DNA of 50,415 nucleotides, taken from an uncultured Hyphomicrobiales bacterium. Lineage in GTDB: Bacteria; Bacteroidota; Ignavibacteria; Kapaibacteriales; Kapaibacteriaceae. The translations under genes and the position numbers were made by a program. Within the stretch, counting starts at the first letter, position 1; the number at the start of each line of letters is the position of its first letter. This document shows, one piece after another, positions 46,832-50,415 of the stretch. The stretch spans positions 47,635-98,049 of the forward strand of contig CAZBOW010000004.1 of the NCBI GenBank assembly GCA_964493635.1. Reading direction: 5' to 3'. A model generated the notes under the pieces. That model was not told where the DNA came from and ran no database searches. It saw only the letters and a program-made list of their open reading frames with translations.

Positions 46832-47529
46832 TGGTCGATACGCCACAACAGTCAACGTTTGGGACGCAGGTTCGCGATTTTCTCCTCGGCCTGTCGCTGC
46901 CCGTGCCGCTGCCTGACGGATTCGAAGTCATCGATCCATATCGGCACGAGGAGGTTCGTCGGGTGGTGACAGAGTTTACCACTCAATACTACCACGGTGA
47001 TCACCAGCGGCTGTCGGTGTGGGGAATCAATCCCGGACGCTTCGGAGCAGGACTCACCGGCCTTGCATTTACCGATCCCGAAGCCGTGCGCACCGCAGCA
47101 GGCATTGCCACGAGTATCACCGGTCGGCGCGAGTTGTCGGCAGAGTACGTCTGGCAAGTGGTGCAGGCCTATGGCGGACCATCGGCGTTTTTCTCCGATG
47201 TCTACCTGTCGGCGCTGTGCCCGTTGGGATTCCTCAGGAACGGCACGAACATCAACTTCTACGACGATCGGCCCTTCACCGAGGCCCTTCTTCCAACCTT
47301 GGTCGAGTGGATCTCCACCCAGATCTCCGCCGGACTCCGCACGGATGTGTGCATTGTACTTGGCACCGGTCGGTTGAAGCAGGTGATGGAACGGTATTTA
47401 CAACCGCAGCTGCCGTTTCGAACCGTGATCTTTCTTGAGCATCCGCGCTACATCATGCAATACCGCCGAGCGCACGTAGGAGACTACGTTCAACGATACG
47501 TCGATACCCTCTTGCGTTATACCCGGTAG
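46831..47529 (+). CDS. UDG-superfamily protein, SMUG2-like (DUF4918-type)
   Basis: 232 aa. The start shares one nt with the carboxypeptidase stop (TAATG). Motif A-like GINPGRFGAGLTGLAFTDP and motif B-like FLEHPRYIMQYRR resemble the SMUG-type uracil-DNA glycosylase pattern. This assignment is from memory only. Confidence 0.5.
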   Translation: MVDTPQQSTFGTQVRDFLLGLSLPVPLPDGFEVIDPYRHEEVRRVVTEFTTQYYHGDHQRLSVWGINPGRFGAGLTGLAFTDPEAVRTAAGIATSITGRRELSAEYVWQVVQAYGGPSAFFSDVYLSALCPLGFLRNGTNINFYDDRPFTEALLPTLVEWISTQISAGLRTDVCIVLGTGRLKQVMERYLQPQLPFRTVIFLEHPRYIMQYRRAHVGDYVQRYVDTLLRYTR

Positions 47530-47583
47530 TTACCGTATGTTTGAGGCTCGATTCGGAGCGATCTGTTCGCCAATCGACGTTGT

Positions 47584-47656
47584 GCCAACGTAGCTCAGCT
47601 GGTAGAGCAGCTCATTCGTAATGAGCAGGTCACCGGTTCAAGTCCGGTCGTTGGCT
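47584..47656 (+). tRNA. tRNA-Thr (anticodon CGT)
   Basis: 73-nt cloverleaf folded by hand: acceptor GCCAACG/CGTTGGC, D arm GCTC-AGCTGGTA-GAGC, anticodon arm GCTCA-TTCGTAA-TGAGC, variable AGGTC, T arm ACCGG-TTCAAGT-CCGGT, discriminator T. CCA is not encoded. Confidence 0.95.
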
Positions 47657-47666
47657 CACGCAAAAC

Positions 47667-47702
47667 AAACGCCTCTTTCAACCGTGGTTGGAAGGGGCGT
47701 TT
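47667..47702 (+). terminator. Long hairpin after tRNA-Thr (terminator-like)
   Basis: 47667-47682 pairs with 47687-47702: a 16-bp stem including two G-U pairs, with loop CGTG. The 3' arm ends in TTT and is followed by GTAGTTTA, a weak U-tract. Confidence 0.6.
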
Positions 47703-47714
47703 GTAGTTTACCGC

Positions 47715-47755
47715 CTGTCATCTCCAACACTGTCATCACCAACACTGTCACGCAC
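47715..47755 (+). repeat. 15-bp tandem repeat x2.7 abutting the DUF4920 start codon
   Basis: ctgtcatctccaaca / ctgtcatcaccaaca / ctgtcacgcac, ending one nt before ATG 47756. Confidence 0.85.
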
Positions 47756-48226
47756 ATGATGTACCATCTCGTCACCATTCTTTGTGTTGCAGCAGCGCTG
47801 CTGAGCACCTCGTGTACGTCGGAATCCACATTCGGAGAGCCGCCTGCCAGCAATGCACCAACGATCACCGTTACAGAAGCGATGGATCCCACCACCTACG
47901 GCCGTGCGATCACGGTGCGCGGAACGGTGGCCCGCGTGTGTCAGCAGGAGGGCTGCTGGATGACCATCACCGACGGTCATCTGCCGAATGCTCCCGTGGT
48001 GCGAGTGCAGGTTGAAGGGGGCTCGTGGTACGTACCCACCACGCTGACGGGGGAAGTCGTGGTGGCAGGGACCGTGCGCGAAGAGGTGTACAGCCAAGAA
48101 GATGCCCGAGCGATGGCCGAGACCCTGGGATGGTCGGCGGCCCGTGTGCAACAAATGGTGGGGGATCAGCGTATGCCGTTGTTTCTTGCCACCGGACTGC
48201 AGATCCTCGATGATCAACCTGAGTAA
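47756..48226 (+). CDS. DUF4920-like small exported lipoprotein
   Basis: 156 aa from ATG 47756; the listed ORF start at 47621 lies inside tRNA-Thr. The signal is MMYHLVTILCVAAALLSTSC. The conserved-looking core VRGTVARVCQQEGCWMTITDG matches the GCWM motif I remember for DUF4920. Confidence 0.6.
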   Translation: MMYHLVTILCVAAALLSTSCTSESTFGEPPASNAPTITVTEAMDPTTYGRAITVRGTVARVCQQEGCWMTITDGHLPNAPVVRVQVEGGSWYVPTTLTGEVVVAGTVREEVYSQEDARAMAETLGWSAARVQQMVGDQRMPLFLATGLQILDDQPE

Positions 48227-50387
48227 CCAACAGCTTGCACAGAATCCACCGGTGTCGGTTGCCGTTCTACCGACGTTGGTTGGTGCCGGTCTGGTGCTCC
48301 TGCTGGTGCGTATTGCCGTGGTCACAGCATGGGCAACAACCGGCACAGAGGATCTGAGTTTTCTGTATCGCATTCTCACGTTTGGGCTGGCAGCGGCCGT
48401 CATGGCTGTGGTTGTTGTGATCATGATCGTCCTTCTGCGTCGCACACGATTGCAGGATTTCTCCTACGACCACTTCACCTCCGCGATTACCACATATGTG
48501 GTTTCCACACTGGCCCTGATGGTGTTTGCCTCCATTGCTCCGCAAGAATGGGAGCCGTCGGATCACCTCCTGCAGCGCCTTGTTGCCGTGGTGTCGGTGC
48601 ACATCGTGGCGGTGGGCACCTTTGCGGTATCCGCAGGGTTGGGAAGCTTCATTATCACCGTGCTGCTCATCCGGCGGCACCAGCGGACCCAGGTGTTGCT
48701 GCGTCTGGCCGGGTGGATGATGGCTCTTGTCTGGTTGAGCGTGATCCTGGTACCCGTCAGCGACCTGTTTATCGGTGTTACGACGATTGCCACGGTGGTG
48801 CTCTGCATTGCTCTGCTGGTGAACATTCGCCGGATGTCGTGGTTGGGTACCCTCACACTCAGCAAAAAGATTCGATTGTTTTGGCTAACCGTTCTTGGTC
48901 TGTTCACAACGGCCGTGCTGTCGCCCATGCTCGCCTTCAATCCCGATCTACCCATGACGGCGGCGATGGAAGGCTTTCTTCCAAGTGGCAGGGTGATCCC
49001 GGCCTTGCTTACTCTGTGCGGGCAGGTCTTCTTCATTCGAGTGATGGTTGCCACGCTGGCGGCAATGCCGAACAGCGGGCTGGTGGACCGTCGATCGAGC
49101 GAGGTTGATGCTCTCACGGGCCTGACGCGTAAGATTGCGCAGGCTGTCTCTCTCGACGATCTCCTTTCGGCCGTCGCGTATGACGCCTTTACGATGTGTC
49201 GGGCCCATGGCGCGTGGGTAGAGCTCTATCCGGAGCCCAATTCGGAGCTCAATCCGGAGCTGCGCACGTCACTTCCGACAACATCGGGCGTGAGGGTTGC
49301 GGCGGCCGTGGCCGTGGGCACGGACTTTGTGCAGATGGTCCATCGCGATCCCACGCTGGATGAGCTGCTACGATTGTCGTCCGAGCCGCTGCACGTGGAC
49401 TCGGTCCCGGATGTGCGCCAGCGTGATGGTCGCAACGACGTGCCCGCAGCAGTTGGGTCCCTGATGGCAGTGCCCCTGTTTGACGGCCGGCAGCGAATTG
49501 GTACGCTGGTGGTGATGAGCACGATGGAATTCGGTTTGGAGCCGCACGACCTTCGACTACTGACGTCGTTCGCCGATGTGGTGTCGGTGGCCGTTGATCA
49601 GGCACGCCTTACCGAGTCGGCCATGGCGCGCCAGAGAATGCAGCAGGAGATGAACGTGGCCCGCTCCATTCAGCGATCGCTCCTGCCTCGAGGGTCGTTC
49701 CCGTCGCAGGTGTGGTCGGTTGATGCCGTAATGGTTCCTGCTACGGAGGTGGGAGGGGATTACTACGACTACGTCCAGTTTGCCAATGGCCGCAAGGGCG
49801 TGGTGATTGCCGACGTTGCCGGCAAAGGTGTTCCGGCCGCGTTGTACATGGCAACGCTGAAAGGGATCGTGTTGGCGGAGATGCGATCGGCCTCGGGTCC
49901 GGCCGATCTGATTCAGCGGATCAACACCGCCGTTTGGGGTTCGATTGATCGCCGGACGTATATCACGTTGACCTGCATCGAACTGCGTGAGGACTGCGCG
50001 ATTGTGCGGATTGCCAGAGCCGGCCATACGCCGCTGATTGTCAAGCGAGGCGATACCGTGGCGGCACTGACTCCGGCTGGCGTAGCCATCGGCCTGGTGT
50101 CGCCGAAGCAGTTCGCAACCGTCATCGACGAGGACGAGATCGACGTTGGGCCTGGCGGAGTGTGTCTGCTTACCACCGATGGTGTGAACGAGCGACGAAA
50201 CCAAGCGCTTGCTGAACTGGGGATGCAAGCCCTGCATCAGATGGTCGAGAATACGTCGTCGGCCACTGCCGCAGAGATTGTTCAAGCCACCGTACAGCTC
50301 CTCGATCACCATGGCGCCGGACACCCCCCGCACGACGATATCACGATCGTAGCCCTTGTGTACAACCCTTCTGGAGATGCATCATGA
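48210..50387 (+). CDS. Polytopic membrane sensor phosphatase: multi-TM N-domain, GAF domain, PP2C (SpoIIE/RsbU-type) domain
   Basis: 725 aa from ATG 48210, overlapping the DUF4920 3' end by 17 nt. Roughly 8-10 hydrophobic helices span the first ~330 aa. A GAF-like region runs LTRKIAQAVSLDDLL...LMAVPLFDGRQRIGTLVVMS. PP2C motifs are ATEVGGDYYDYV, IADVAGKGVPAALYMA, LTTDGVNE and HDDITIVAL. Confidence 0.85.
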   Translation: MINLSNQQLAQNPPVSVAVLPTLVGAGLVLLLVRIAVVTAWATTGTEDLSFLYRILTFGLAAAVMAVVVVIMIVLLRRTRLQDFSYDHFTSAITTYVVSTLALMVFASIAPQEWEPSDHLLQRLVAVVSVHIVAVGTFAVSAGLGSFIITVLLIRRHQRTQVLLRLAGWMMALVWLSVILVPVSDLFIGVTTIATVVLCIALLVNIRRMSWLGTLTLSKKIRLFWLTVLGLFTTAVLSPMLAFNPDLPMTAAMEGFLPSGRVIPALLTLCGQVFFIRVMVATLAAMPNSGLVDRRSSEVDALTGLTRKIAQAVSLDDLLSAVAYDAFTMCRAHGAWVELYPEPNSELNPELRTSLPTTSGVRVAAAVAVGTDFVQMVHRDPTLDELLRLSSEPLHVDSVPDVRQRDGRNDVPAAVGSLMAVPLFDGRQRIGTLVVMSTMEFGLEPHDLRLLTSFADVVSVAVDQARLTESAMARQRMQQEMNVARSIQRSLLPRGSFPSQVWSVDAVMVPATEVGGDYYDYVQFANGRKGVVIADVAGKGVPAALYMATLKGIVLAEMRSASGPADLIQRINTAVWGSIDRRTYITLTCIELREDCAIVRIARAGHTPLIVKRGDTVAALTPAGVAIGLVSPKQFATVIDEDEIDVGPGGVCLLTTDGVNERRNQALAELGMQALHQMVENTSSATAAEIVQATVQLLDHHGAGHPPHDDITIVALVYNPSGDAS
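49227..49262 (+). repeat. Imperfect in-frame 12-bp tandem repeat x3 inside the phosphatase gene
   Basis: tatccggagccc / aattcggagctc / aatccggagctg, encoding YPEP-NSEL-NPEL. Confidence 0.6.
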
Positions 50388-50415
50388 GCTCAACCACGAA
50401 TTCAACCACGAATTC
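50384..50415 (+). CDS. 5' end of an unidentified gene (truncated by the window edge)
   Basis: ATG 50384 overlaps the phosphatase stop (ATGA). It reads M-S-STTN-STTN-S, i.e. a 12-bp tandem unit tcaaccacgaat x2+ from 50390 to the window end. Confidence 0.3.
   Translation, partial: MSSTTNSTTN

Noticed and set aside
47621-47755. Upstream part of ORF 47621..48226, and upstream part of ORF 48102..50387
   Set aside because: The first starts inside tRNA-Thr and runs through its terminator hairpin. The second runs through the DUF4920 gene in another frame. Internal ATGs at 47756 and 48210 give sensible signal and TM N-termini.
50410-50415. EcoRI site (GAATTC) exactly at the window end, considered as a cloning or assembly artefact
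   Set aside because: GAATTC is part of the 12-bp repeat unit, and the same site occurs at 50398-50403. The terminal position is most simply a coincidence of where the window or contig was cut.

Overview
Gene-dense chromosomal window with about 45 protein genes and 2 tRNAs. I found no rRNA, CRISPR array, transposase, integrase or phage gene. All family calls come from motifs read by eye in the supplied translations; no database search was run. The content points to a moderately GC-rich member of the FCB group (Bacteroidota / Rhodothermota / Ignavibacteriota-like). The evidence is a type IX secretion porU-porV pair with CTD-bearing cargo, a TAnnTTTG-type promoter box, and an alternative complex III operon. 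Gene order: actB(partial)-actC-actD-actE-actF-lpdA-lipB | AT-rich spacer, tRNA-Gly | porU-porV | dedA(-) | pruA + coupled secreted hypothetical | rplS | cinA-tsaD | glyA(-), T9SS cargo(-) | fused E1 alpha/beta 2-oxoacid dehydrogenase, UvrD-like helicase, GT4, GmhB-like phosphatase | tolC-tetR-MFP-RND efflux operon | msrB(-) | Nudix-SRPBCC | SBP-fold lipoprotein(-), PBP2(-), Wzy_C/O-antigen-ligase-like(-), Wzz-like(-) | GT4 | uvrB(-) | queA, M32 carboxypeptidase, SMUG2-like UDG | tRNA-Thr | DUF4920 lipoprotein, membrane-GAF-PP2C phosphatase, start of a further gene. Most of this is housekeeping, and I see no canonical defence or mobile system. The items most worth a second look are: (1) a translationally coupled Wzz-like / Wzy_C-like / PBP2 / orphan SBP-lipoprotein operon with no RodA or MreBCD nearby; (2) a DUF4920 lipoprotein coupled to a polytopic GAF-PP2C phosphatase, preceded by a 15-bp tandem repeat; (3) a cluster of DnaA-box-like 9-mers and twin palindromes in the only long AT-rich spacer; (4) in-frame 12-bp tandem repeats recurring in four unrelated genes; (5) an operator-like palindrome before the efflux operon; (6) an msrB start ambiguity (cytoplasmic versus lipoprotein form).
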